36,161 nt of DNA from positions 1-36,161 of the forward strand of contig CAYGZI010000001.1 of NCBI GenBank assembly GCA_964354245.1, in the 5' to 3' direction. The stretch comes from an uncultured Planctomycetaceae bacterium (lineage in GTDB: Bacteria; Planctomycetota; Planctomycetia; Pirellulales; Thermoguttaceae). The notes beneath the pieces were generated by a model. It was not told the DNA's origin and made no database searches. It saw only the letters and a program-made list of their open reading frames with translations. Position numbers and translations under genes: made by a program. Each line of letters starts with the position of its first letter. Position 1 is the first letter of the stretch. Below are positions 22,140 through 30,283 of the stretch, one piece after another.

Positions 22140-22709
22140 ATGAAGAAATCGCTCGGGCCCCAGACGCTGGCCTATCCGACCCCGGCGTGGGTCGTGGGGA
22201 CCTACGACAAGGACGGCAAGCCGAACGCGATGACCGCGGCCTGGGGCGGCATCTGCTGCTCCGATCCGCCCTGCGTCGCCGTCTCGCTCCGCAAGGCGAC
22301 CTACACCTACGCAGCCCTGGTCGAGCGCAAAGCGTTCACGATCAGCGTGCCGGGCGAGGAGCACGTCAAGCAGGCCGACTATTTCGGCCTGGCCACCGGC
22401 CGCGAGGTGGACAAGTTTTCCTGGACCCGGCTGACGCCCGTGCGGAGCGAGCTCGTCGACGCCCCGTACGTCGAGGAGTTCCACCTCGTCCTGGAGTGCC
22501 AGGTGCTGCACGTGATCGAGCTGGGCCTCCACACGCAGTTCGTCGGCCGCATCCTCGACGTGAAGGCCGACGAGTGGATCCTCGGCCCCGACGGCCTCCC
22601 CATGGTCGAGAAGCTCAAGCCGATCGTCTTCTCGCCCGGCAACCGGGCGTACTACGCCGTGGGCGAGCGGCTGGGGCAGGCGTTCAACATCGGCAAGGGA
22701 AGTCTGTGA
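22140..22709 (+). CDS. Flavin reductase-like domain protein
   Basis: [48 protein letters not shown] is typical of the Flavin_Reduct family. There is a strong RBS. Confidence 0.8.
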   Translation: MKKSLGPQTLAYPTPAWVVGTYDKDGKPNAMTAAWGGICCSDPPCVAVSLRKATYTYAALVERKAFTISVPGEEHVKQADYFGLATGREVDKFSWTRLTPVRSELVDAPYVEEFHLVLECQVLHVIELGLHTQFVGRILDVKADEWILGPDGLPMVEKLKPIVFSPGNRAYYAVGERLGQAFNIGKGSL

Positions 22710-23680
22710 GCCTGAGAATTCCCTTCACCCCCGTGGTCTACGAGCACGCCGCCCGCTTCGTCGGGCGGAGCCCGTGGGAGGTGTCGCGCGATCCGGAATT
22801 GATGTTTGCCGCACACCGCGCCGCCTACCTGGAATACCGTCAGCAGGTGATCGCGGTGGCCATCGATATCTACAATCTTGAGGCGGAGGCGTATGGGGCC
22901 AAGGTAGCCGCCTCGACTCCCGACGCGATCCCGGCCATCCGCCAGCCCTTGCTTGCCTCGATCGAAGAGGGAATCAACCTTCGGCCGTTCGACCCGGATC
23001 GGGACGGGCGGATCGCGATGATGCTCTCCGTCGGGCAGCGTCTCCGGCGGGAGTTTCCCGAGGCCGACGTGCGTCTGCCCGTGGGAGGCCCGTTCTCGAT
23101 CGCCTTCAACCTGCGCGGCATCAACAATCTCTGCCTGGATGCCGCGCTATGCCCCGAGAAGCTGGCCAAGATGCTGATGCAGTTGGCGGAGAACCAGGCG
23201 GTGCTCTGCCGGGCCGTGGCCAAAGCCGGACTGGACGTGGCATTCTTCGAGTCGGCCGCTGCGCCGCCGATTCTCTCTCCCACGCACTTCCACGAGCTGG
23301 AGATGCCGGCCCTGCGGCGCGTGCTGGAAATCGCGGCCGACTGCGCCGGTCATCCCGTGCCGTGCATCATGGGGGGAAACACCTATCCGGTCCTCGACGA
23401 CATCCTTTCCACGGGCACGAATTACGTCGCATGCAACGTGGAGACCGACCAGGCCGCCTTTGTCGAGCGGGTCTCCCGCACGCACCCCCACGTGACCATC
23501 CGGGTCAACCTCGACCCCTGCGTGGTCGCCTGCCGCGATGCCCAGCGGATCTATCGGGCGATCGACCATGTGTTGGAGATCGTCGGCGGCCGGGCCAACT
23601 GCATGATGGGCACTGCCGCCATGCCGCTGGAGACCCCGCCTGAGAATATCCGCCTGATCCGCGAGTACCTTGCCCGTTAG
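22706..23680 (+). CDS. Uroporphyrinogen decarboxylase (URO-D) family / MtaA-like protein
   Basis: GTG 22706 overlaps the upstream stop (GTGA). The length (324 aa) and C-terminal pattern ..[24 protein letters not shown] fit URO-D-fold proteins. The assignment is from memory only. Confidence 0.5.
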   Translation: MSLRIPFTPVVYEHAARFVGRSPWEVSRDPELMFAAHRAAYLEYRQQVIAVAIDIYNLEAEAYGAKVAASTPDAIPAIRQPLLASIEEGINLRPFDPDRDGRIAMMLSVGQRLRREFPEADVRLPVGGPFSIAFNLRGINNLCLDAALCPEKLAKMLMQLAENQAVLCRAVAKAGLDVAFFESAAAPPILSPTHFHELEMPALRRVLEIAADCAGHPVPCIMGGNTYPVLDDILSTGTNYVACNVETDQAAFVERVSRTHPHVTIRVNLDPCVVACRDAQRIYRAIDHVLEIVGGRANCMMGTAAMPLETPPENIRLIREYLAR

Positions 23681-25278
23681 CCTTGCGGAGACTGGAGGCG
23701 GGCCAGGCGGCAGCCGAGCTTGACCAGCTTGTAGCCGCCGGCAAGGAGGATGCGGGCAATGGGGCGATGCCACGCCCGGAGCCGCGGCGAGCAGGCCGCC
23801 TTGACCCGGACCGCGGCGTAGAACTGATCGAGGAGTTCCTCGAAGGTCTGATCGGCCCTCACGTGCGGACCGGCGGCCACGGTGGGCAGCCGCTCGGCGA
23901 TTGAGCCCCCGGTGCAGCGGCCCTCGGGAAACGGAGCCACGGGGAGCAGCTCCTGGTGCTCGGCGACCATGGATTGCAGGGAGCGGTGCGGCAATCGGGC
24001 GAGGTTGCGCCGCACTTGCGTTAGCATCTCTGGATGGGCGACGATCGCGTCCACCCGATCCAACAAGCCTTGGACGGTCGGCGGAATGAGGAACCCGGTG
24101 GTCCCGTCCTCAATCCGGTCGGCGAGACTCCCGCGATTGACGGCGACCGGCGGCACGCGGCAGGCCCAAAGCTCGGAGAGCGTATAGCTGAACGTCTCCG
24201 GCACCAACGACAAGAGGAGCCCGAAATCGGCCTGAAGCCCGGCCAGCAACTCCGGCAGGCGGCAACGGTCGTACGCGGGGATTACGCTGACGCCCGGCCC
24301 TTGCAGCGGCCGACCCGACTCGCCGCAACCGAGCAGGACCACGTCGCACTGCCGTGTCAGCTTGGGCAAGGCTTGCGCGACGAGTTCCAGGCCCTTTTCC
24401 GGCGAGAGGCGGCCGAGCACCACCGCCGTGAGGGCTTGCGAAAAAACGGGGACAGGCACCTCGCCGCACGCCGTCTTCCCGCGGTTTTCGCACATCGGTT
24501 CGGAGCCAGTCCCCGTTTTTTCGCAAGCCCCCGGCCGTGCCCCTTGCCGGGCGGGCCGCGCGGCGTCCACGTGCGCGAGGGGCTCGATTCCGTGCGGAAT
24601 CACGTGCAATCGGGCCCCGGCGAGACGCGGCTCCAGGGCCAGCAAGTGGCGCTCGACCGACGGGCTCGGCGCTACCAGGGTCACGCCCGCCGACTGGACC
24701 ATCGCTACGAACCGCTCGCGGACCTCCAAGGCTTCCCCGACGGTCAAACCCGGGAAGAACCGATGGTGCCCGTTGTCGGCGAGGCACTCGGCCAGGCGAT
24801 GGGGCGGGCAAGACGTGCAGATTGTTCCCGGCCCATCCTCGCGCCGATCGCGGTAGCAGATGTGTATTGCCGGGCAGAACGGGTAATAGTCGTGCAGAAC
24901 GATGGCGGTGGGAAGCCCGGTCTGGAGGGCGTCCAGCGAATGCCCGGCCAAGGAGGAGACGACGATCGCCTGCACCCCGTAGACGTCCACGACCTCGCGG
25001 AGGATCGCGCGGTATCGCGGGTGAGCGGCGGCGGTGGCGAGGATCGGGCGATGGAGGTCCCAGCAGGCAATCGGCTGCGGATCGGCGAGATCGGCAAACA
25101 GGGCCACCCGCCTACCTATGCCCGAGATGCTGGCGACCGGCTTGAGAATGAGGTTTCTCCGGTTGCGGTCGGCGCGGCAATAGTCGGCCACCCACCGGGC
25201 CGCGCCTCCGCCCCAATCGTGCAGCAGGTGCAGTTGCACGGGCAGGCGAGTCACCGGCGAAAGCTCCCGGGCCTGCAT
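23677..25278 (-). CDS. Glycosyltransferase family 4 (GT-B)
   Basis: The C-terminal Rossmann half is VVLGRLSPEKGLE ... ETFSYTLSELWACRVPPVAV (E-x7-E). Start placed at ATG 25278 (MQARELS), 36 nt after the ATPase gene. An in-frame 99-bp palindromic insert sits at 24432-24530, in the interdomain linker. Confidence 0.8.
   Translation of the reverse strand: MQARELSPVTRLPVQLHLLHDWGGGAARWVADYCRADRNRRNLILKPVASISGIGRRVALFADLADPQPIACWDLHRPILATAAAHPRYRAILREVVDVYGVQAIVVSSLAGHSLDALQTGLPTAIVLHDYYPFCPAIHICYRDRREDGPGTICTSCPPHRLAECLADNGHHRFFPGLTVGEALEVRERFVAMVQSAGVTLVAPSPSVERHLLALEPRLAGARLHVIPHGIEPLAHVDAARPARQGARPGACEKTGTGSEPMCENRGKTACGEVPVPVFSQALTAVVLGRLSPEKGLELVAQALPKLTRQCDVVLLGCGESGRPLQGPGVSVIPAYDRCRLPELLAGLQADFGLLLSLVPETFSYTLSELWACRVPPVAVNRGSLADRIEDGTTGFLIPPTVQGLLDRVDAIVAHPEMLTQVRRNLARLPHRSLQSMVAEHQELLPVAPFPEGRCTGGSIAERLPTVAAGPHVRADQTFEELLDQFYAAVRVKAACSPRLRAWHRPIARILLAGGYKLVKLGCRLARLQSPQG
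24432..24530. repeat. Family A-related palindromic element, copy 4 (in frame in GT4)
   Basis: Perfect 22-bp arms 24432-24453 (gggcttgcgaaaaaacggggac) and 24509-24530. Total is 99 bp = 33 codons. Host peptide is ..ACEKTGTGSEPMCENRGKTACGEVPVPVFSQA.., read in a different element frame from copies 1-3. Confidence 0.8.
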
Positions 25279-25313
25279 CGCATCTCGCCCTCCTGAAAAG
25301 AACACGCCCTTCT

Positions 25314-26084
25314 TCACGCGGCGCTTCGTTGGGCGCCGGCTGCGAACGACTCGGTGTACGCGGCGATCACCTCCTGCTTGGGTCCGAACCTGCGCGCGGC
25401 GCCGTGGTCGAGCCAAAGGACCCGGTCGCACAACTGGGCCAGCGCCCCCAGATCGTGGCTCACCACGATCACCGCCCGGGCACTGCACATCAGCGAGCGG
25501 ATCCGCTCCCGGGCCTTGGTCTGGAACGCCAGGTCGCCGGCGCTGAGCACCTCGTCGACCAGGAGGATGTCGGGCTCGATGGCCGTGGCAATGGAGAAGG
25601 CCAGGCGCACGAGCATACCGGCCGAGTAGTAGCGGACGGGCATTTCGAGAAACTCGCCCAGCTCGCTGAAGTCGGCGATGGCTTGCATCTTCCGACGGAC
25701 CGACTTGGGCGACTCGCCCTGAAGGTAACCGCGGTAGGTGATATTCTGCCAGCCGGTGGCGTCGTGCTCGAAGCCCAGGCCGATCTCGAACAGGGAGCTG
25801 ATCCGGCCGCGGACCTGGCGCCGGCCGCTGGTGGGCGGGTAGATGCCGGCCAGGAGCTTCAGCAGCGTGCTCTTGCCGGCGCCGTTGTGCCCGATCACGC
25901 CGATCCGGTCCCCTTCCTCGATCCGCAGGCTCAGGTGGTCCAGTGCGCGGACCTCGAAGGTGGCCTGTTTCGAGCGGCGGAACAGTCCGTGGAGCAGATA
26001 CTCCTTCAGGCTCACGCGCCCGAAGCGGCGCACGCGGAACATCAGTCCGACGTCGTCCAGCTCGATCAGGGGCACGGGGGGCAT
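25314..26084 (-). CDS. Polysaccharide-export ABC transporter ATP-binding protein (Wzt/TagH/KpsT-like, no C-terminal carbohydrate-binding domain)
   Basis: Walker A GHNGAGKST, signature YSAGMLVRLAFS, and Walker B ILLVDEV. It is 256 aa. Confidence 0.9.
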   Translation of the reverse strand: MPPVPLIELDDVGLMFRVRRFGRVSLKEYLLHGLFRRSKQATFEVRALDHLSLRIEEGDRIGVIGHNGAGKSTLLKLLAGIYPPTSGRRQVRGRISSLFEIGLGFEHDATGWQNITYRGYLQGESPKSVRRKMQAIADFSELGEFLEMPVRYYSAGMLVRLAFSIATAIEPDILLVDEVLSAGDLAFQTKARERIRSLMCSARAVIVVSHDLGALAQLCDRVLWLDHGAARRFGPKQEVIAAYTESFAAGAQRSAA

Positions 26085-26092
26085 CGGCGGTC

Positions 26093-26875
26093 TCAGAGAT
26101 AGAAAATCAGCCTGCGTTCGGTCTTCCAGAGGATCAGCGAGGCCAAGGCCGCGGAAGTCAAGGCAGCGGCCGCCCCCAAGGCGAACGTGGCCGGCGAAGG
26201 GACCGCCCCGTCGAGAATCGGCGCCCGGATCAGCTCGAGGAACGTCGCCGCGGGGTTAATCGCCACGAACCAGTCCAGGCCCCGCTGGCGGAGCAGGTCG
26301 GCCGGGTAGATGATCGGCGTGACGTAGAACAGGATCTGGATCAGCACCTCGGTCAGGTGCTGTGTATCCTGGAACATCACGTTGATGACGCCCATACACG
26401 CGGCCACCGACCAGCCCACCACGAACAGCATCAACAGGGTCGGCACCAGACTCACCAACGCCGGGACGTTGGAAAACCCGTTCAGGCACCAGACGAACAC
26501 GAGGACTACCACGAGTCCAAGCAGCAAGTGGATGCCGGCCCCGAGGGTGGCCCGCAACGGATAGACCGCCAATGGGGCGGGATACTGGCGGATATAGGAC
26601 TCCCCGTCGAGGAAACACCGGCACCCCTGACTCATGACGGTGACGACGAAGTTCCATGTGACCAGTCCGGCCAGCAGGAACGGGCCGTAGGTGCGGACGT
26701 CGGCGGCGAATAGCGTGCTGAAGACCGTACAGAGCACGGCGGTCATGGCGATGGGGTGCAAGAGCGACCACCCCACCCCAAGCATCGACCGCCGGTAGCG
26801 CCTGCGCAGGTCCATCGTCACCAGGGCGAGCCAGAAGTGGCGAAGCCGCCAGACGTTGCGCAGATAACGGGTCAC
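26093..26875 (-). CDS. ABC-2 type polysaccharide-export permease (Wzm/TagG/KpsM-like)
   Basis: LVTMDLRRRYRRSMLGVGWSLLHP is the typical ABC-2 N-terminus, followed by six hydrophobic segments. I prefer GTG 26875, behind aggag with a 7-nt spacer; the ORF-track maximum is TTG 26956. Confidence 0.85.
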   Translation of the reverse strand: MTRYLRNVWRLRHFWLALVTMDLRRRYRRSMLGVGWSLLHPIAMTAVLCTVFSTLFAADVRTYGPFLLAGLVTWNFVVTVMSQGCRCFLDGESYIRQYPAPLAVYPLRATLGAGIHLLLGLVVVLVFVWCLNGFSNVPALVSLVPTLLMLFVVGWSVAACMGVINVMFQDTQHLTEVLIQILFYVTPIIYPADLLRQRGLDWFVAINPAATFLELIRAPILDGAVPSPATFALGAAAALTSAALASLILWKTERRLIFYL

Positions 26876-27011
26876 GCCGAAGCTCCTGATTGCGTCCGGG
26901 ACGTTCCACCCGGACTGTGGGGTCTTCCCGACCCCAAGCAGTCGCTTTCCCCCCAAAAGTGTTTGCGGCCGGGCGGGGCAGTATACAAGACGCTCGGGAC
27001 GAAGATCAATG

Positions 27012-29990
27012 TCAAAGAGGGTTTGCCTGGTCGATCTCGCTCCGCCACACGTTGCGGTGCTGCTCGAAGCGGTTGTCGTTGAAGATCCGGTAGAGCGGCT
27101 TGACCGGACCGCAGCCGAGCCGCGTCTGACGGTCCTGTGCCTCCAGCGCGACGCGACGGGCGTGCAACAGCGCCCGCGGCCCGCCCCCCAAGCTCGCCCG
27201 CGCCAGCCAATCCAGTCCGCGATAGACCGCCAGCAGGCGGCGAACCGCCGCGGCGTGCCCCGCGGGCAGCAGGCCCGGGGCCCGGCCGCCGAGATACTCC
27301 GCCAACTGCACGGCGTAGTCCAGGTCCGTGCTGGCGTGCTTCCAGTACGACTTGTGGTAGCCGAGGCACCTGTAGAACAGATCGAGCGCCGCCTGCGGGT
27401 CGCGGCCGTCGAAGGCGTAGCGGATCCCGCCCAACGTGCGGTTCAGATACCAGGCCCGAAGGTCTTCGATCTCCGCGCGGGGGCTTTCCGTGACGCGGGC
27501 TCCGGGATAGTTGAGGAAAACGCCGAGGGTCCGGGGGATGGACTTGGTCTTCAGGCGAGGCAACACGCGGTACTTGAACTCGGTGTCGCCGGCCGCGCCG
27601 AAGCTCGGGTCGTAATAGCCGCAGCGGTCGTGGATCGAGCGGCGGTACAGCGCCCCGACCCAGGACAAGTAGCACGTATCGAGGTACGGCAGCGTGGGAT
27701 GGTAGCCGGTGCGGCCGTAGAACATCACGTCGTCTTTCCAGGTGCCGTGCTCATCGACCGCCGTCATCAGGCTGCTTCCCGTGACCCAATCGAGCGCGGG
27801 ATCGCGGTCCAACTCGCGGGCCAGGACTTCCAGGGCGTCGGGCAAGAGCGTCTCGTCCACCCCGAGGAAGGCCAGGTACTCGCCCCGCGACAACTGGATC
27901 CCGCGGTTCCACGCCGCTTGGACTGTCTCTCGCTCGGCCGACCGGGCGTAGACGACCGGCATGCGCAGCGACTCGGCGAAGCGGGAAAAGACCTCGTGCG
28001 GCCGGTCGGGCGAGCCGCTGTCCACGAGGATCACTTCCGCGGCCCCCGATCGCACGAGCGTCTGGTTGTTGATCGCATTGAGAAAAAACGCGAGCTTGTC
28101 GGCCGCCCGGTAGAGTGAGACGACGATCGACGCGCGATACGCGCCGCTGGTGCGGCGGTCGTCGATGGTCTCGAAGGGCTTGGGCGGATTACGGCGATGC
28201 TCCTCCCGTGCCCGCCGCAGCAGCCCTTCGCACGCCGCCGCGCGGCCCTGCACCGGGCCGAACATTGCCTGGGCGGCTTCAGCCTCGCGCGTGTAGCCGT
28301 GCCGGCAAAGGCACGCGGCGGTCGCCGGCAGATGTCCGAGGCGGTCCTCGCCGAAAGCCCGCACGATCCGCAGCTCGTAGGCCGCTGCCATGAGGTCGTT
28401 GCCGCGGACGCGCTCCAGGCGGGCAATCTCCTTCCAGATCCGCGCCTGGTCCACGTGGAACCCCTCTGCCAAAGCCCAGAACCCCTGGAGCTTCCCGGCC
28501 ACGTCGCGCGGCGAGTCTTCCGGCATTCGCAGCAGCTTGCGATAGGGCCCGGCCATGGCCGCGGCCCTTTGCGCCTTGTAAGCGATCGCGGCGTCGCCGC
28601 GAAGGGCGCTCTCCCGAAGCCAGCCGCGCACGATGCCGGGGAGACGGTGGGGCGCACTTCGGGCCAGCCCGTAGAGCCGCCGGATCTTCTGCCGCCAGCC
28701 GCCCGGCAAGACCGTGCGGGCCACGGCGCGGACCGCGCGCCGCACCCGGCCGGGCTTGGACCGCTTCCAGGCCTCGTACTCGCGCATCAGGCGGCCGTAC
28801 CATTGGCCCACCTGGTCGCGCTGGGCGCGGTCGCTGCTTGGGGGACTGGCGTAGATGTCGGCCAGCGTGGGGCCGTCGGGGCCCGGCCGGCGCCGCTCCA
28901 GGGCGCGGACCAGGCGCTCGCGGTAGCCGTCGTAATCGGCCAGCATCGCCTGGATCTGCGGCAGGCAGCCGTAGACGTTGCGGATGTCCAACGCGACGTG
29001 CGGGACCTCGGGCATGGACTCGCGGAGGAAGCGGCAGACCCCCGCCCCCGTGCCGATCACGGTCGGGCAGCCGGCGAACAACGCCTCCAGCGCGATCAGG
29101 TTCAGCGTGTCGTAGCGCGAGGGGAGAAAGACCACCGAGCGCCCGGCGAACAGGCGGGCCAGCTCATCCGGAGTCATGACCGGACGGATGCTCACGTGGT
29201 CCAAGCGGCTGGCCATCATCCGGCGCAGATGAGCGTGGGAGCCGTCCTCGCCGATGAAGCTCTCCGGCCCGATGATGCTGGCCGTATGGTACAGCTCCCG
29301 CGGCAGCCACCAGACCAGATCGAGGAAGATGTCGGGGCCCTTGAGCTTCTCGGTGCGGCCCACGAAGCAGAGATCGGGGGGCCCGCCGGAAGGCTCGGGC
29401 AGGACGGGCCGCGGCGGTTCCATGATCCGCAAGGGATTGAGGTACTGGGATCCCAGGTCCGAAAGCCGCCGCCACTCGTCGAGGTACGCGCGGCTGATGC
29501 CGTAGCGGATGTCCGCAGCGCAGTACTGCAGCCGCTCCCGCAGGTCGAGCGTGGTGAGGGGGTCCTCGGCAGCGTTCCAGGCCATGCGGAGCGAGTTCGA
29601 CAGGCGCCCGTGCATCGAAAGCACGCTCCGCTGGAAGCGGACGCCGTGCTCGGCCAGCGCCGGGCCGAGCATCGCCCCGAGATTGCGGAAATCGGCGATC
29701 TCGACCACGTCGAAGTCCCGGCCCGCCACGGTGGCGGCGACGTTGCCGGCCTCGACGAAGGTGGAATAGCTCCACGGCGGCGGGTGAGCGCCGTGCGCCA
29801 AGCGGGGGAACGCCGCGTCGTAGGGACGCACCATGGGGATCATCTGGGCGTTCGCCGGGCGAGGGACTTCCGGCTTCTCCTCTACGCCCAGGTAATAGAA
29901 GTCGATGTGGGGGTTGGTGTTGATCAGCCGGCGGTAGACCGTCTGCCCCCCCCCGACGCTGTGGAACAGGTCGACCTCCACGACCAACAC
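27012..29990 (-). CDS. Bifunctional glycosyltransferase: N-terminal GT4-like domain, ~250-aa helical spacer, GT2 domain, C-terminal extension
   Basis: GT4 part: RVLVVEVDLFHSVGGGQTVY ... GRTEKLKGPD ... DTLNLIALEALFAGCP. GT2 part: ASIVVSLYRAADKLAFFLNAINNQT..EVILVDSGSPD..LAFLGVDE. The start is uncertain. GTG 29990 is proposed because 29991-30203 of the ORF is an off-frame reading of a duplicated methyltransferase 3' end. Confidence 0.8.
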   Translation of the reverse strand: MLVVEVDLFHSVGGGQTVYRRLINTNPHIDFYYLGVEEKPEVPRPANAQMIPMVRPYDAAFPRLAHGAHPPPWSYSTFVEAGNVAATVAGRDFDVVEIADFRNLGAMLGPALAEHGVRFQRSVLSMHGRLSNSLRMAWNAAEDPLTTLDLRERLQYCAADIRYGISRAYLDEWRRLSDLGSQYLNPLRIMEPPRPVLPEPSGGPPDLCFVGRTEKLKGPDIFLDLVWWLPRELYHTASIIGPESFIGEDGSHAHLRRMMASRLDHVSIRPVMTPDELARLFAGRSVVFLPSRYDTLNLIALEALFAGCPTVIGTGAGVCRFLRESMPEVPHVALDIRNVYGCLPQIQAMLADYDGYRERLVRALERRRPGPDGPTLADIYASPPSSDRAQRDQVGQWYGRLMREYEAWKRSKPGRVRRAVRAVARTVLPGGWRQKIRRLYGLARSAPHRLPGIVRGWLRESALRGDAAIAYKAQRAAAMAGPYRKLLRMPEDSPRDVAGKLQGFWALAEGFHVDQARIWKEIARLERVRGNDLMAAAYELRIVRAFGEDRLGHLPATAACLCRHGYTREAEAAQAMFGPVQGRAAACEGLLRRAREEHRRNPPKPFETIDDRRTSGAYRASIVVSLYRAADKLAFFLNAINNQTLVRSGAAEVILVDSGSPDRPHEVFSRFAESLRMPVVYARSAERETVQAAWNRGIQLSRGEYLAFLGVDETLLPDALEVLARELDRDPALDWVTGSSLMTAVDEHGTWKDDVMFYGRTGYHPTLPYLDTCYLSWVGALYRRSIHDRCGYYDPSFGAAGDTEFKYRVLPRLKTKSIPRTLGVFLNYPGARVTESPRAEIEDLRAWYLNRTLGGIRYAFDGRDPQAALDLFYRCLGYHKSYWKHASTDLDYAVQLAEYLGGRAPGLLPAGHAAAVRRLLAVYRGLDWLARASLGGGPRALLHARRVALEAQDRQTRLGCGPVKPLYRIFNDNRFEQHRNVWRSEIDQANPL

Positions 29991-30025
29991 CCGCAGCGCG
30001 CCCCGCGCGGTGCGGGACGTGGAAG

Positions 30026-30232
30026 TCAGGCCGCCGCCCGGCTCAGCGTCGGCAGCGGGGCATACGGGCACTCCGAGTGCCGCATCAGCGCTAGGTGGAA
30101 CGAGTCCGGGGCATTCGGTCCGCTCCGGACCCAGTCGTCGCGGAAGTACCGCACCGCCGCGTCGTGATGGACAAAGCCGTTCCGCCCGCATAGTTTCAAC
30201 CACCAGTCAGGACCCTCCACGGTCTGGTGCAA
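30026..30232. repeat. Direct repeat copy A (207 bp), paralogous to 31877-32083
   Basis: Ungapped manual alignment gives about 185 of 207 identical (about 89%), at an offset of 1851 bp. Weaker similarity continues about 40 nt below both copies. Confidence 0.85.
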
Positions 30233-30283
30233 CGTCACGATACTCGCTGGAGTGCTGCAGCCCGCCACCTCGGCCGGTATCAT
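30026..30283 (-). pseudogene. 85-codon fragment homologous to the C-terminus of the methyltransferase at 31877-32830 (relic, or a small stand-alone ORF)
   Basis: ..LHQTVEGPDWWLKLCGRNGFVHHDAAVRYFRDDWVRSGPNAPDSFHLALMRHSECPYAPLPTLSRAAA compares with ..LHQTVEGPDWWLKLCERNGFVHHGAAVRYFRDDWIRSEPNAPQSFHLVLTRRAESLWAPLPTLSRAAA. Its ATG overlaps the radical SAM stop (ATGA at 30281-30285). Confidence 0.5.

Noticed and set aside
29991-30203. 71-codon N-terminal extension of the GT4-GT2 fusion
   Set aside because: It is an off-frame reading of the duplicated methyltransferase 3' end. An equivalent artefact ORF exists at 31824-32054.
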